DNA from: Candidatus Limnocylindrales bacterium
GTDB taxonomy: Bacteria > Chloroflexota > Limnocylindria > Limnocylindrales > CSP1-4
DNA length: 52,445 nucleotides
Assembly (NCBI GenBank): GCA_039925225.1
Contig: JBDSZH010000050.1
Span: 1 to 52,445, forward strand
Reading direction: 5' to 3'
Shown here in pieces: positions 43,149-52,395 of the stretch (positions are counted from its first letter, which is position 1; every line of letters starts with the position of its first letter). Both the position numbers and the translations under genes were made by a program. The notes below the pieces were generated by a model that was not told the DNA's origin, did not search any database, and worked only from the letters and a program-made list of their open reading frames with translations.

Positions 43149-44011
43149 GTGCGGCCATCGGGCCATGTGCCGCGGACGATCGCGTCGGCCATCCGGGCGG
43201 CCCGGACGTTGGCCCTGACGTCGTGAACGCGGACGACGTCGGCACCCGCGGCGACGCCGAGCGCCGTCGTGGCCAGGGTCGCCTCGAGCCGCTCGTCCGC
43301 AGGCAGGTCCAGCACCTTCCCCAATGTCGACTTGCGCGACGTCCCGAGCAGGATCGGGCGGCCGAGGGTGCGCAGTTCACCGAGGTCGCGCAAAAGCACC
43401 AGGTTCTGCTGCGCGGTCTTGCCGAACCCGATCCCGGGATCGATGAGGATGTCGGCGGGGGCAACGCCTGCTGCGATGGCCCGCTCGATTGCGCGGCGCA
43501 GGTCGTCGATGACCTCCTGCACGACCTGGTCGTAGCGCGGCTCGGCGCGGTTGTGCATCAGGACGATCGGGACGGCGTGGGCCGCGGCGATTCTCGCCAA
43601 CGTCGCCGCCTCGTCGACGCCCCACACGTTGTTGATGGCATCGGCGCCGGCGGCGAGCGCAGCCTCCGCGACGGCCGGCTTGGTCGTGTCGATCGACAGC
43701 GGGATGTCCGGCAGCGCGGCGCGGACCGCGCGTACCACCGGCACGACCCGGCCCAGCTCCTCGGCTTCGGCAACGGGGGCGTGCCCCGGGCGCGTCGATT
43801 CGCCGCCGATATCGAGCAGGTCCGCGCCCTCCGCTGCCATCGCCCGTGCCTGCGCCACGGCTGCGGCGACGGCATCAATCGCCTCGCCGGGCGGTAGCAG
43901 ACCGTCGCCGGAGAACGAATCCGGCGTCACGTTGAGGATGCCCATGACGAAGGTGCGCTCGCCCCATCGAAAGGTGCGCTCGCCGATGCGCGTCGTTCCG
44001 AGATCAGTCAT
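43145..44011 (-). CDS. folP: Dihydropteroate synthase
   Basis: 'GILNVTPDSFSGDG', 'DIGGESTRPG' and 'GTSRKS'. Confidence 0.9.
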   Translation of the reverse strand: MTDLGTTRIGERTFRWGERTFVMGILNVTPDSFSGDGLLPPGEAIDAVAAAVAQARAMAAEGADLLDIGGESTRPGHAPVAEAEELGRVVPVVRAVRAALPDIPLSIDTTKPAVAEAALAAGADAINNVWGVDEAATLARIAAAHAVPIVLMHNRAEPRYDQVVQEVIDDLRRAIERAIAAGVAPADILIDPGIGFGKTAQQNLVLLRDLGELRTLGRPILLGTSRKSTLGKVLDLPADERLEATLATTALGVAAGADVVRVHDVRANVRAARMADAIVRGTWPDGRT

Positions 44012-45381
44012 GCAGCTGGAGCCTCCGGGTCGCGCAGGCGCGGGTCGTCGAGCCAGCGGCGGCGAGCCTCGCCGACGAGGTACAGCGAACCCGCGACGAC
44101 AACCGGACCCGCAGCCCCGGCCAGCGCCAGCTCGAGCGCCGTCGCGACGTCGGCGACCATCGTGATCGTCGCATCCGGGCGGATCGTGCGCCAGCGTCGG
44201 CCAAGCTCCGTCGCTGACATCGCCCGGTCGCCGGGCACCTCGGTCGCGATGATCCGTGCGCCCCGGAGCGCCGCCGCACGGTCCAGAGCCTGGATGATCC
44301 CATCGACGTCCTTGTCGGCCATCGAGCCGTGGACGAGTGTCACGGGGGGCGGCGTCGACTGGTCCCCCCCAGCGAGGAACGGACGCAGGTCGTCAAGGGC
44401 CTGTGCGAGGGCGATCGCCCCCGCCGGGTTATGGGCGCCGTCGAGGAGCGCCTCGTGCCCGTCGACCTGGAGGAGCTCGAGGCGACCGGGCCACGTCGCC
44501 GTGGAGTAGCCCTGGCGTCGAGCAGCCGCGTCGACCTGCGCGATGCCCGCTGCGCCCAGCGCATCGAGGACGGCGTCGGCCACGGCCGCGTTCTCGGCCT
44601 GGTGCCGGCCCCGAAGCGAGACCCGTGTCGGACCCAGCACGCCGATCTCAACCGACAGGCCGTCGCGGTCCCAGCCCAGCACGCGCGGCATGGCGACCTC
44701 CGTCAGCGGCGCCCCGACCCGCCGAGCCCGGCGCCGGATGACCTCGAAGGCCTCGCCGGTGGCGCCCGTCACGGCCCTGTCGCCGCGCTCGATGATGGCC
44801 GCCTTCTCGCGCGCGATCGCCGGGATCGTGTCTCCCAGCCAGGCCATGTGGTCGAGCGCCACGTTCGTGATCGCCGCCACGCCTCCGTCCCAGGCGTGCG
44901 TCGCATCGAGGCGCCCGCCGAGCCCGACCTCGACCAGGGCCACCTCCACCCGCTCCTCGGCGAACCAGCGAAAGAGCATCGCGGTGATCAGCTCGAACTC
45001 GGTCGGGGGGCCGTGTCGCCTCGCGACACCATCGGCTGCGGCAAGGACCTCATGCACCAGGCGCGTGAATGTCACCGGGTCGATCGGCCGGCCGTCGATC
45101 TCCAGCCGTTCCCGGTAGCTCACCAGGTGCGGCTTGGGCGTGGTGCCCGTGCGAACGCCTGCGGCGCGCAGGGCGCTCGAGGCAAGGGCGAGGACGCTGC
45201 CCTTGCCGTTTGTGCCACCGATCAGAGCGCCGCGCAGCTGGAGCTGTGGATCGCCAAAGGCCTTCAGGAGTGCGCGTGTTCGAGCCAGCCCCAGCCGGAC
45301 CCCGAATCGACCGCGATCAGCCAGCGCCCCAACCGCGGCGTGATACTCGGCCGCACCGGTCGGCGAGCCCGGGGAGCTCAA
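44008..45381 (-). CDS. folC: Folylpolyglutamate synthase / dihydrofolate synthase
   Basis: P-loop 'IGGTNGKGS' and Mur-ligase-type central and C-terminal domains. TTG 45381 was chosen because it forms a TTGA overlap with the stop of the upstream ORF. The rest of ORF 44008..46278 is Arg-rich and looks non-coding. Confidence 0.75.
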   Translation of the reverse strand: MSSPGSPTGAAEYHAAVGALADRGRFGVRLGLARTRALLKAFGDPQLQLRGALIGGTNGKGSVLALASSALRAAGVRTGTTPKPHLVSYRERLEIDGRPIDPVTFTRLVHEVLAAADGVARRHGPPTEFELITAMLFRWFAEERVEVALVEVGLGGRLDATHAWDGGVAAITNVALDHMAWLGDTIPAIAREKAAIIERGDRAVTGATGEAFEVIRRRARRVGAPLTEVAMPRVLGWDRDGLSVEIGVLGPTRVSLRGRHQAENAAVADAVLDALGAAGIAQVDAAARRQGYSTATWPGRLELLQVDGHEALLDGAHNPAGAIALAQALDDLRPFLAGGDQSTPPPVTLVHGSMADKDVDGIIQALDRAAALRGARIIATEVPGDRAMSATELGRRWRTIRPDATITMVADVATALELALAGAAGPVVVAGSLYLVGEARRRWLDDPRLRDPEAPAA

Positions 45382-45848
45382 CGCGCGCTGAGCTCCTCCT
45401 CGTAGAACACACACTGGTTGAAGCGCGGCGAGAGACACACGTCGTTCACGTAGCTCTGCTCGAGGTGGACGCCGCCACGGAGCTGGCAGCGCGACACAAC
45501 GCTGTCCTGGCGGACGATGCCCTTCAACAGGTGCGGGGCGTGGATGGGCAGAGCCCCTCGTGCGCCACTCACGAAGAAGTGCGGGCAGACGTTCCGGCGA
45601 AGGTTGGGCAGCCCGAACGCGCGGGTGCGAGCCGGATCGCCGGCCGGCCCGCCACCGATGGTGACCCCGAAGCGGCGGTCGCCCGGACCTCCCGCCTGGG
45701 AGGTCACGAGCCGATCCGGAACGTCCTGAGCGCCGGGCGCGGGGACGGTCGAAACGCGCGAGATCGGGCCGAGGCCAAAGGCCGGGCGCCCGCTGACGCG
45801 GGACCCGCGACCCGTCTTGGGACCGCCAGGCTGCACAGGATCCCCCAC
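45378..45848 (-). CDS. Hypothetical protein: Gly/Pro/Arg-rich N-terminus + 4-Cys C-terminal domain
   Basis: High G/C at third positions throughout, by hand count. Its stop overlaps the folC TTG. The C-terminal 'NVCPHFFV...SRCQL...DVCLSPRFNQCVFYEE' matches no family I recognise. The start is uncertain. Confidence 0.5.
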   Translation of the reverse strand: MGDPVQPGGPKTGRGSRVSGRPAFGLGPISRVSTVPAPGAQDVPDRLVTSQAGGPGDRRFGVTIGGGPAGDPARTRAFGLPNLRRNVCPHFFVSGARGALPIHAPHLLKGIVRQDSVVSRCQLRGGVHLEQSYVNDVCLSPRFNQCVFYEEELSAR

Positions 45849-45928
45849 TCCAACCGCGGCTCCACTGCCGCGCCGACGCAGCGTACACCGCAGCGTCCTC
45901 CGGCCGTGGCGTGCGACGATAGGGCGAG

Positions 45929-47116
45929 ATGCCGACTCGTCGTGGCTCGCATGTCCGCCCCCGCCCGCCGTCGAGCGCGCGCACCCAGTCGGTCAAAGTT
46001 GCCGCGCCGGACCGACGGCGCGTCCGCCAGCACCGCGGCATCGCCAGTCGGCGGAAGCGTCCGCCACTCGCCACTCGGACCCTGCTCGGGCTGTCCGTCG
46101 TCGCCCTCGCGGCTGTGGCATTCATCGCTGCCAGCGGTGGGATGGGACCGGTCCTCGCGACCCTGGGGGCGGGTATCGGGTCTGCGTTTGGGCGCCTCTC
46201 CGCGACGCCGCTCCCTTCGGCCACCGCGTTGATCGAAACAGATTCGCCGCGCCTCGCCCCGCCGGACCAGCCGTACACGAACGAGGCAATGGTCGACCTG
46301 ACCGTTAACGTGCCGCAGAGCGTCGTCGGCGACCCGGGAGCGAAGGTCCGGATCTATCTCGCCCTGGAGGGGCTCGATCCGTCAGCCGTCGTCGACGTGC
46401 CGGTGGGCACGACGACTCGGATGATCATTCCGTTCGAGCTGACCGCCGGCCGGAACAACATCTCGGCGACCCTGTTTCGTGGCTCGGAGGAATCCGACCA
46501 ATCCCCGATCGTCACCTACATCCTCGATCTGGAGCCGCCAAAGATCACGGTGACAGCACCGAAGAACGGCGCGACGGTCGACACCTTCGAGGTGACCGTG
46601 AAGGGCAGGACGCAGGCGAGCACGACGCTCGTTGCGCTCAATGCCGGTAACGGGACATCGATCTCGTCGATCGCCGCCAAGGACGGCACGTTCGAGTTCG
46701 GGCTGGTCCTGGGGCCGGGCACCAACCAGATCACCATCACCGGCACGGATCCGGCGGGTAACGTCGGCGAGGCCAAGCTGAAGCTCATCCAGGGTTCACG
46801 GGAGATGGGCGTCCGACTCACCGCGTCGTCCTACCGGATCTCCATCTCCAAGCACCCATCGTCGATCCAGCTCGTCGTGCTCGTCACCGATCCGTCAGGC
46901 GCCCCACTGGCGGGCGCGCGCGCATTCTTCACGCTCCAGATCCCTGGTCTCTCGCCGATCTCCAACGAGCTGGTGACGAGCGCCGACGGCCGAGCCGTGT
47001 TCACGACGCCACTCGTCGGCAAGCTGGCCACCGGCGGCGGCCTGGGCACCGTGCTCGTGACATCCAGCCTGTACGGCTCCTCGACCGACCGAGTGACGCT
47101 CACCTTCGTCAAGTAG
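45929..47116 (+). CDS. Membrane-anchored protein with Ig-like (Big-type) repeats
   Basis: Basic N-terminus plus TM 'LLGLSVVALAAVAFIAA'. Beta-rich repeats include 'PPKITVTAPKNGATVDTFEVTVKGRT' and 'ITITGTDPAGNVG'. The start is uncertain. Confidence 0.6.
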   Translation: MPTRRGSHVRPRPPSSARTQSVKVAAPDRRRVRQHRGIASRRKRPPLATRTLLGLSVVALAAVAFIAASGGMGPVLATLGAGIGSAFGRLSATPLPSATALIETDSPRLAPPDQPYTNEAMVDLTVNVPQSVVGDPGAKVRIYLALEGLDPSAVVDVPVGTTTRMIIPFELTAGRNNISATLFRGSEESDQSPIVTYILDLEPPKITVTAPKNGATVDTFEVTVKGRTQASTTLVALNAGNGTSISSIAAKDGTFEFGLVLGPGTNQITITGTDPAGNVGEAKLKLIQGSREMGVRLTASSYRISISKHPSSIQLVVLVTDPSGAPLAGARAFFTLQIPGLSPISNELVTSADGRAVFTTPLVGKLATGGGLGTVLVTSSLYGSSTDRVTLTFVK

Positions 47117-47258
47117 AGTCTGATTCGCCGCGCTCAGCGCTGCCGAGCGCAAGGCGGCGGCGAGCACACGAGCGAACGCACCCGAAGGTGCGTGAGCGAG
47201 CGAGCGCAGCCGACAACGCGGCGATCGGCGGCGATGAGCGCGGCGTCACGGGCGCAGC

Positions 47259-47264
47259 TACCAT
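47259..47264 (+). promoter_or_regulatory. -10-like hexamer TACCAT 6 nt upstream of GTG 47271
   Basis: 'gcTACCATcagcacGTG'. Confidence 0.4.
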
Positions 47265-47270
47265 CAGCAC

Positions 47271-47705
47271 GTGGCGTTGTGGCATTGCCCGCACTGCGGT
47301 GCTCCACAGGCAGAGACGGCTCGCTGCTGGGTCTGCCGCCGTTCGTCGACCACTTGTTCGACTTGCCGCCACTTCCGGGTCTCCCTGGCGGCCGATCTCG
47401 GCTACTGCGCACTGGATCGCCAGCGGCGCCCGCTCACGGGTCGCGAGCTGCGCGGCTGCTGGGAGGAACGCCCCCTGACCGGCCTGGACCAGGGCAAGCG
47501 CCGGACCGCCGAGCGACCCATCGCCGCAGCACATCCTCTCGGCGCGCCCATTCGCGGGTTCGTGCCGCTCGATGAGGTGCTGCCCGCCGGCCCGCCAGTG
47601 GCCGCGGGGCCCGGCTCCCTCCCGGAAGTCACGGCGACGATCCTGCGTGACGCTGCGGACGCCTGGGATACCCGCACAAGCCTGTTCGGCGAAGCCGAGC
47701 ACTAG
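47271..47705 (+). CDS. Cys-rich zinc-ribbon-like hypothetical protein
   Basis: 'WHCPHCGAPQAETARCWVCRRSSTTCSTCRHFRV...YCALD...GCWEE'. The leaderless promoter layout supports expression. Confidence 0.5.
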   Translation: MALWHCPHCGAPQAETARCWVCRRSSTTCSTCRHFRVSLAADLGYCALDRQRRPLTGRELRGCWEERPLTGLDQGKRRTAERPIAAAHPLGAPIRGFVPLDEVLPAGPPVAAGPGSLPEVTATILRDAADAWDTRTSLFGEAEH

Positions 47706-47727
47706 CTGCTCGAGCGACGCCAGCTGC

Positions 47728-49701
47728 TCAGGTGGGGCACGTCTCCGCGGGCGCGGCAACCACCGTCAGGTCGATCTGGGTCAGCGGCGGCCGCACTGAA
47801 TCCGGCGCCGGGTCCTGCGCGACCACGATCGATGCCGGGTCGTCCGGGCCGCTCACGGACCCGAGGGCGAAGCCGTCGTTCTGGATCTGCGACTGTGCGA
47901 GCGCCAGCAGGGTGCACCGGTAGTCCTTCACCGTCAGCATCTGCGGGGTTGGAACCGGAGTCGGGACGGGCGTCGGCACGGCCGTCGGGACAGGCGTGGG
48001 AACCGGGGTAGGAGTTGGCACGGGAGTGGGCGCCGGTGTCGGCGAGGGCTCGGGGCCCTTCGAGACGATGTAATCGACGATGGTGCCGGGCAGGACCACC
48101 TCGTTCGGTCGGGGCGTGTGATCGACGACGGCGCCGATCGGGAAGAACTCGTCGAATTCCTCCGTCCGCGTCCCGACCGTCAGGCCGGCCGCGGCGATCA
48201 GATTGACGGCGTCGGCTTCGATGCGGCCGCGCAGGTCGGGGACGGCCACGCCAGTCGGGCTGATGGCCATGGTCAGCGAGATCACGGCGCCCTGGTCGAC
48301 CGTGGCACCCTCGGCGGGATCCTGCTTGGTGACCGTACCGACTGCGGCGGTCGCGCTCTGCTCGAAGGCGACCTGCTCCACCTTCAGCTTGAGTGTGGTC
48401 GCGGCCTGGCGAGCCGCCTCGAAGGTCTGCCCCACGAACGATGGCACCTCGACCTGCGGCGCCGACGAGGCGCCGGGTCCGGATGTGAGCTTGACCACGG
48501 CGAACGCGGCAAGCGCGAGGATGACCACGGCAAGGATTCCACTGACCCAGACCCACGGCGACGTCCCGCGGCGCTCGTCGACATCGTCGAGGTCATCCTC
48601 CGCCGGGGTGCTGTGGGCTGGGGGCACCTGTCGCCCGCGGGCGGGTCCGGCGGGTCCCGCCGCATACGCGTCGCGGGGATACTCGATTCTCGCGTCCGGG
48701 TTGGGTCGGGCGACGCCGGCCGCGAGCGTTGGCGTGGCTCCCGCGGCTGCACCCGCTCCGGCAGCGGCGCCCGCTGCGCCCGCGGCGGCTATGCCACCGG
48801 CCGCCGCGGCGGCACCGGCCGCTGCGGCTCCCGCGCCCGGTGCCGCGCTCCGGCCGCGGATGCTGTCGCCACCGCGCTCCTCGCCCAGGAACAGCTCCAG
48901 GGCTTCGGCCATGTCAGTCGCAGACGCGAAGCGGCCCTCGGCATTGGTGGCCAGCGCCTTTCGGTCGATCGCCTCGAGGGTCGGCGGAATGCCGCCATGG
49001 ACCGCGGCGGGACTGGGGACGGCGCCGGTCAGGCGCGCGGTGGCGATCGCGGCCGCGGTGTCGCCGGTCCAAGGGCGCCGGCCCGTCAGCAGCTCGAACA
49101 GGACGATCCCGAGGCTGTAGATGTCCGAGGCGGGGGTGGCGAGCTCGCCGCGGGCCTGCTCGGGGCTGAAATAGTGGACCGAGCCGAGGGTCGTGCCCGG
49201 GAGCGTCAGCGCCGACTCGGCCAGCGCGCGGGCGATCCCGAAGTCGGCGACCTTTACGCGGCCTTCCCGCGTGACCAGGATGTTGCCCGGCTTGATGTCC
49301 CGATGGACGAAGCCGCGATGGTGCGCGGCGGCGATCGCGCGAGCCGCCTGGGCGACGAGCCGTGCCGCGGCGCGGGGCGGCAGGGCTCCGCTGCGCCGGA
49401 CGATCGTGGCGAGATCCTCGCCCTCCACCAGCTCCATGACGATGAATGGCCCAACAGGGTCCGTGCCGTAGTCGTACACGGCGACGACCGACGGGTGGTT
49501 CAGGGACGCGGCGGACTGCGCCTCGTGCCGGAACCGGTCGAGGAAGTCCGAGTCTGTGCCGTACTCCGGCCGGAGGACCTTGACCGCGACGTCGCGTTCG
49601 AGCTGGCTGTCGCGGGCGCGGTAGATCGTGGCCATACCACCCTGGCCCAGGAGCTCGATGAGGCGGTAGCGGCCGCCGAGGACGGTCCCGAGATCGGTCA
49701 C
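47728..49701 (-). CDS. pknB: Ser/Thr protein kinase with extracellular PASTA repeats (PknB-type)
   Basis: 'LGQGGMATIYRA', 'VAVKVL', 'HRDIKPGNIL', 'DFGIA', an Ala/Gly low-complexity juxtamembrane region, a TM segment, PASTA repeats, a PT linker and a terminal Cys-bracketed module. Confidence 0.9.
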   Translation of the reverse strand: MTDLGTVLGGRYRLIELLGQGGMATIYRARDSQLERDVAVKVLRPEYGTDSDFLDRFRHEAQSAASLNHPSVVAVYDYGTDPVGPFIVMELVEGEDLATIVRRSGALPPRAAARLVAQAARAIAAAHHRGFVHRDIKPGNILVTREGRVKVADFGIARALAESALTLPGTTLGSVHYFSPEQARGELATPASDIYSLGIVLFELLTGRRPWTGDTAAAIATARLTGAVPSPAAVHGGIPPTLEAIDRKALATNAEGRFASATDMAEALELFLGEERGGDSIRGRSAAPGAGAAAAGAAAAAGGIAAAGAAGAAAGAGAAAGATPTLAAGVARPNPDARIEYPRDAYAAGPAGPARGRQVPPAHSTPAEDDLDDVDERRGTSPWVWVSGILAVVILALAAFAVVKLTSGPGASSAPQVEVPSFVGQTFEAARQAATTLKLKVEQVAFEQSATAAVGTVTKQDPAEGATVDQGAVISLTMAISPTGVAVPDLRGRIEADAVNLIAAAGLTVGTRTEEFDEFFPIGAVVDHTPRPNEVVLPGTIVDYIVSKGPEPSPTPAPTPVPTPTPVPTPVPTAVPTPVPTPVPTPQMLTVKDYRCTLLALAQSQIQNDGFALGSVSGPDDPASIVVAQDPAPDSVRPPLTQIDLTVVAAPAETCPT

Positions 49702-50576
49702 AGGTCGAGGCTCTTCAGGTGCGCGCGAAATCCACTGGCAAGGTCCGGCCGCTGGAGCGCCAGGTCGACCGTCGCCGTGAGCCAGCCCATGGTCGTCCCA
49801 GCGTCGTAGCGGACGCCCTCGAACTCATACGTGTAGACCGACTGCTCGGCCATGAGCGCCTCGATCGCATCGGTGAGCTGGATCTCGCCGCCGCTGCCGC
49901 GCTGCGTCTGCTCCAGCTTGTCGAAGATCTTGGGGGTCAGCACGTAGCGGCCGATGACGGCGAGCGTGGACGGCGCGTCCGCGGGCGACGGCTTCTCGAC
50001 GATCCGGGTCATGCGCCGCAATCGTCCGCCATCGAGGTGGCTCTCGTCGACCTCTGCCGCGACGATGCCGTAGCGCGACACGTCCTCCGCCGGCACGTCG
50101 GTGACGGCCACGACGGATGAGTGGGTGCTCTCGTAGGCGTGGATGAGTTGGCCGATACATGGCCGATCGGCGACGACCACGTCATCGGGGAGGAGCACCG
50201 CGAACGGCTCGTGGCCGATAAGGTCCTTCGCCATGAGGATCGCGTGACCCAGGCCCAGCTGCTCCTTCTGGCGGACGTAGGCGAGCTGGGCGAGGTCCGT
50301 GATCGCCCGGACCTGGCGGAGCTTCTCGATCTCGCCCTTTTCCTCGAGAACTTTTTCGAGCTCATAGTTCAGGTCGAAGTGGTCCTCGATCGCGCCCTTG
50401 TGGGTCGAGGTGACGATGATGATCTGCTCGATCCCCGCCGCGACCGCCTCCTCGACGCCGTACTGGATAATCGGCTTGTCGACGAGCGGCAACATCTCCT
50501 TGGGCTGTGCCTTGGTCGCCGGCAGGAACCGGGTACCCCATCCCGCCGCCGGGAACACAGCCTTGCGGACGCGCAT
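49698..50576 (-). CDS. galU: UTP--glucose-1-phosphate uridylyltransferase
   Basis: 'AVFPAAGWGTRFLPATKAQPKEMLP' and 'VEKP'. Its stop overlaps the pknB GTG start (GTGA). Confidence 0.9.
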   Translation of the reverse strand: MRVRKAVFPAAGWGTRFLPATKAQPKEMLPLVDKPIIQYGVEEAVAAGIEQIIIVTSTHKGAIEDHFDLNYELEKVLEEKGEIEKLRQVRAITDLAQLAYVRQKEQLGLGHAILMAKDLIGHEPFAVLLPDDVVVADRPCIGQLIHAYESTHSSVVAVTDVPAEDVSRYGIVAAEVDESHLDGGRLRRMTRIVEKPSPADAPSTLAVIGRYVLTPKIFDKLEQTQRGSGGEIQLTDAIEALMAEQSVYTYEFEGVRYDAGTTMGWLTATVDLALQRPDLASGFRAHLKSLDL

Positions 50577-50647
50577 CGAACCTCACGGTGGGGGACGGGT
50601 GGGAGCGGGATGACCGCGCCCGAGAATACCACCGGTCCTCCCGGCGC

Positions 50648-51436
50648 CTACCGCTCCAAGGTACTGATGAACTCCTCCACGAGCCCCGTGAAGGCCGCCG
50701 GCCGATCGACATTGGACAGGTGGCCCGCCCGGCCGATCACCCGATAAGTCGCGCGCGGAACACCGGCAATGAAGCGCCTTGCCCCGATCGCAAAGACGAG
50801 GTCCGTGGCGCCGTTGATTGCCAGGATCTGGCCCCCGTAGGCCATGAGCCGGTCGCGGAAGCCGCCACCGACAAGCTGCTTGACCGCCCGCGACCCACCG
50901 CGCGAGAAGTGCCCGCCCGCGGTGATCGCCGCCGCAACCTCACCGCCGTAGCGGAGCCGGAACCAGGTCAGCGCGACGACCCTGACCAGGCGCTCCGGCA
51001 CGAGCCGGAGGCTCCACGAATAGGCGTGGAAGCCGACCCGACTGAGCCCGACCGGCTCCCGCGTGCAGCCCGCGATCACCAGGCCGCGAACCCGTTCCGG
51101 ATAGCGGCCGGCAAGGGTCATCGCCACGTAGCCGCCCAGCGACAGGCCGACAAGGACGGACCGCCCACCGGCCGCCTGATCGATCGCGTCGAGCACGTTG
51201 TTGACGGCGACGTCGAGGGTGAAGGCTCGGTCGCGAAGGGTGCCGTGACCGGGCTGGTCGACGCTTATGCAGCGATAGCGATCCTTGAGAGCATCCACCT
51301 GGGGCCGCCACACGGAGCGGTCCATCATCGCCCCATGGACGAACACGATCGTCGGCGCGTCGATGGGACCGGCGACCTCCCAGCTGGGGCGCTCCGTGAC
51401 GCCCTGGCCGTTCTCGCTCACTGCCGGCTTGCTCAC
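50648..51436 (-). CDS. Alpha/beta hydrolase
   Basis: 'VFVHGAM', nucleophile elbow 'GLSLGG' and a C-terminal 'AGHLSN'. Confidence 0.8.
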   Translation of the reverse strand: MSKPAVSENGQGVTERPSWEVAGPIDAPTIVFVHGAMMDRSVWRPQVDALKDRYRCISVDQPGHGTLRDRAFTLDVAVNNVLDAIDQAAGGRSVLVGLSLGGYVAMTLAGRYPERVRGLVIAGCTREPVGLSRVGFHAYSWSLRLVPERLVRVVALTWFRLRYGGEVAAAITAGGHFSRGGSRAVKQLVGGGFRDRLMAYGGQILAINGATDLVFAIGARRFIAGVPRATYRVIGRAGHLSNVDRPAAFTGLVEEFISTLER

Positions 51437-52395
51437 GGGCCGCCCGGCGCCGGGACGACCACGCCGGCCTGACCTGAGGCACGGGCACCACGCTGGACGA
51501 TCAGCGCGGCGAGCAGGATCGTCGCGCCGCCGGCGATCTGGAGTGGCTGAAGACCTTCCGCGAGCAATGCAGCGGCGAGCGCGACGCCAACGACCGGCTC
51601 GAACAGCATCAGGATCCCCGTCCGGACCGCGCCGATCCGGCGGATCCCGGTCAGGAAGAGCACGGACGGCAGCGCCGCAGCGAAGAATCCGACGCCGACC
51701 AGCAGGAGTACCACCGGCATCTGACCGAGTGGCTGGAGGAGCGCCGCGGGTCCGCTGGTGACGATGCTGACCACGGCCGCGACGATCGCCGAGCCCGCCA
51801 GGATCGCGCCCATCGCCACGTCGGCGCGGATCGCCGCAAAGCCTCGACTGGTCAGCACGAAGGTTGCCTGAAAGCCGGCGGCGGCAAGACCGAGGAGGAT
51901 CCCGAGCGCGTCGACTCGCACCGCGTCGGTGGAGCCGAGCCCGCCCAGGACCACCGCGATCATGCCCGCGAGCGCGAGCCCGAGGGCGACCACGCGCGCG
52001 AGATCGAGCGGCTCCCGCCCGAGCAGGCCGCTGGCTGCGGCCACCATCGCGGGATACGTGTAGAAGCCCAGGAGTGCGAGCGCGACGGTCGTTCGGTCGA
52101 AGGCCAGGAACATCGACAGATTCAGGCTCGCCGCGAGAACGATCGCCAGTGCGAGCGTCCGCTGCGCGGACCTGCCGGCCCCGGCGATGTTCGCCCAGGC
52201 CGACCGATGACCTCGGGTTGCAGCCAGGACGAGTGCGATCCCGATTGCGCCCGCGCCGGCGCGCCAGGCCACGAATGCGAACGGCTGGACGCCCGCGTCA
52301 TACGCGAACCGCGAGGCGACGCCAAGCGACCCGAACAGGGCAGCGGCGAACAGGACGATCACGGCGCCGAGCCAGCCGGCGCGGGGGGTGGGCAT
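51433..52395 (-). CDS. EamA/DMT-family transporter
   Basis: About 10 TM segments in two repeated halves. 4-nt overlap with the downstream hydrolase. Confidence 0.75.
   Translation of the reverse strand: MPTPRAGWLGAVIVLFAAALFGSLGVASRFAYDAGVQPFAFVAWRAGAGAIGIALVLAATRGHRSAWANIAGAGRSAQRTLALAIVLAASLNLSMFLAFDRTTVALALLGFYTYPAMVAAASGLLGREPLDLARVVALGLALAGMIAVVLGGLGSTDAVRVDALGILLGLAAAGFQATFVLTSRGFAAIRADVAMGAILAGSAIVAAVVSIVTSGPAALLQPLGQMPVVLLLVGVGFFAAALPSVLFLTGIRRIGAVRTGILMLFEPVVGVALAAALLAEGLQPLQIAGGATILLAALIVQRGARASGQAGVVVPAPGGP

Noticed and set aside
45382-46278. Upstream 300 codons of the 756-aa ORF containing FolC.
   Set aside because: The sequence is Arg/Pro/Ser/Gly-rich and lacks motifs. It also overlaps the better-supported ORF 45378..45848 and the start of the Ig-like protein gene. 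FolC of normal length starts at the TTG at 45381.
47944-48050. Short periodic DNA repeats ('ggcgtcggcacggccgtcgggacaggcgtgggaacc...') that could be mistaken for a repeat array.
   Set aside because: They encode the PTPVPTP linker of the PASTA kinase. They lie inside a continuous ORF and are imperfect. No spacer-repeat organisation or CRISPR-like structure exists anywhere in the window.
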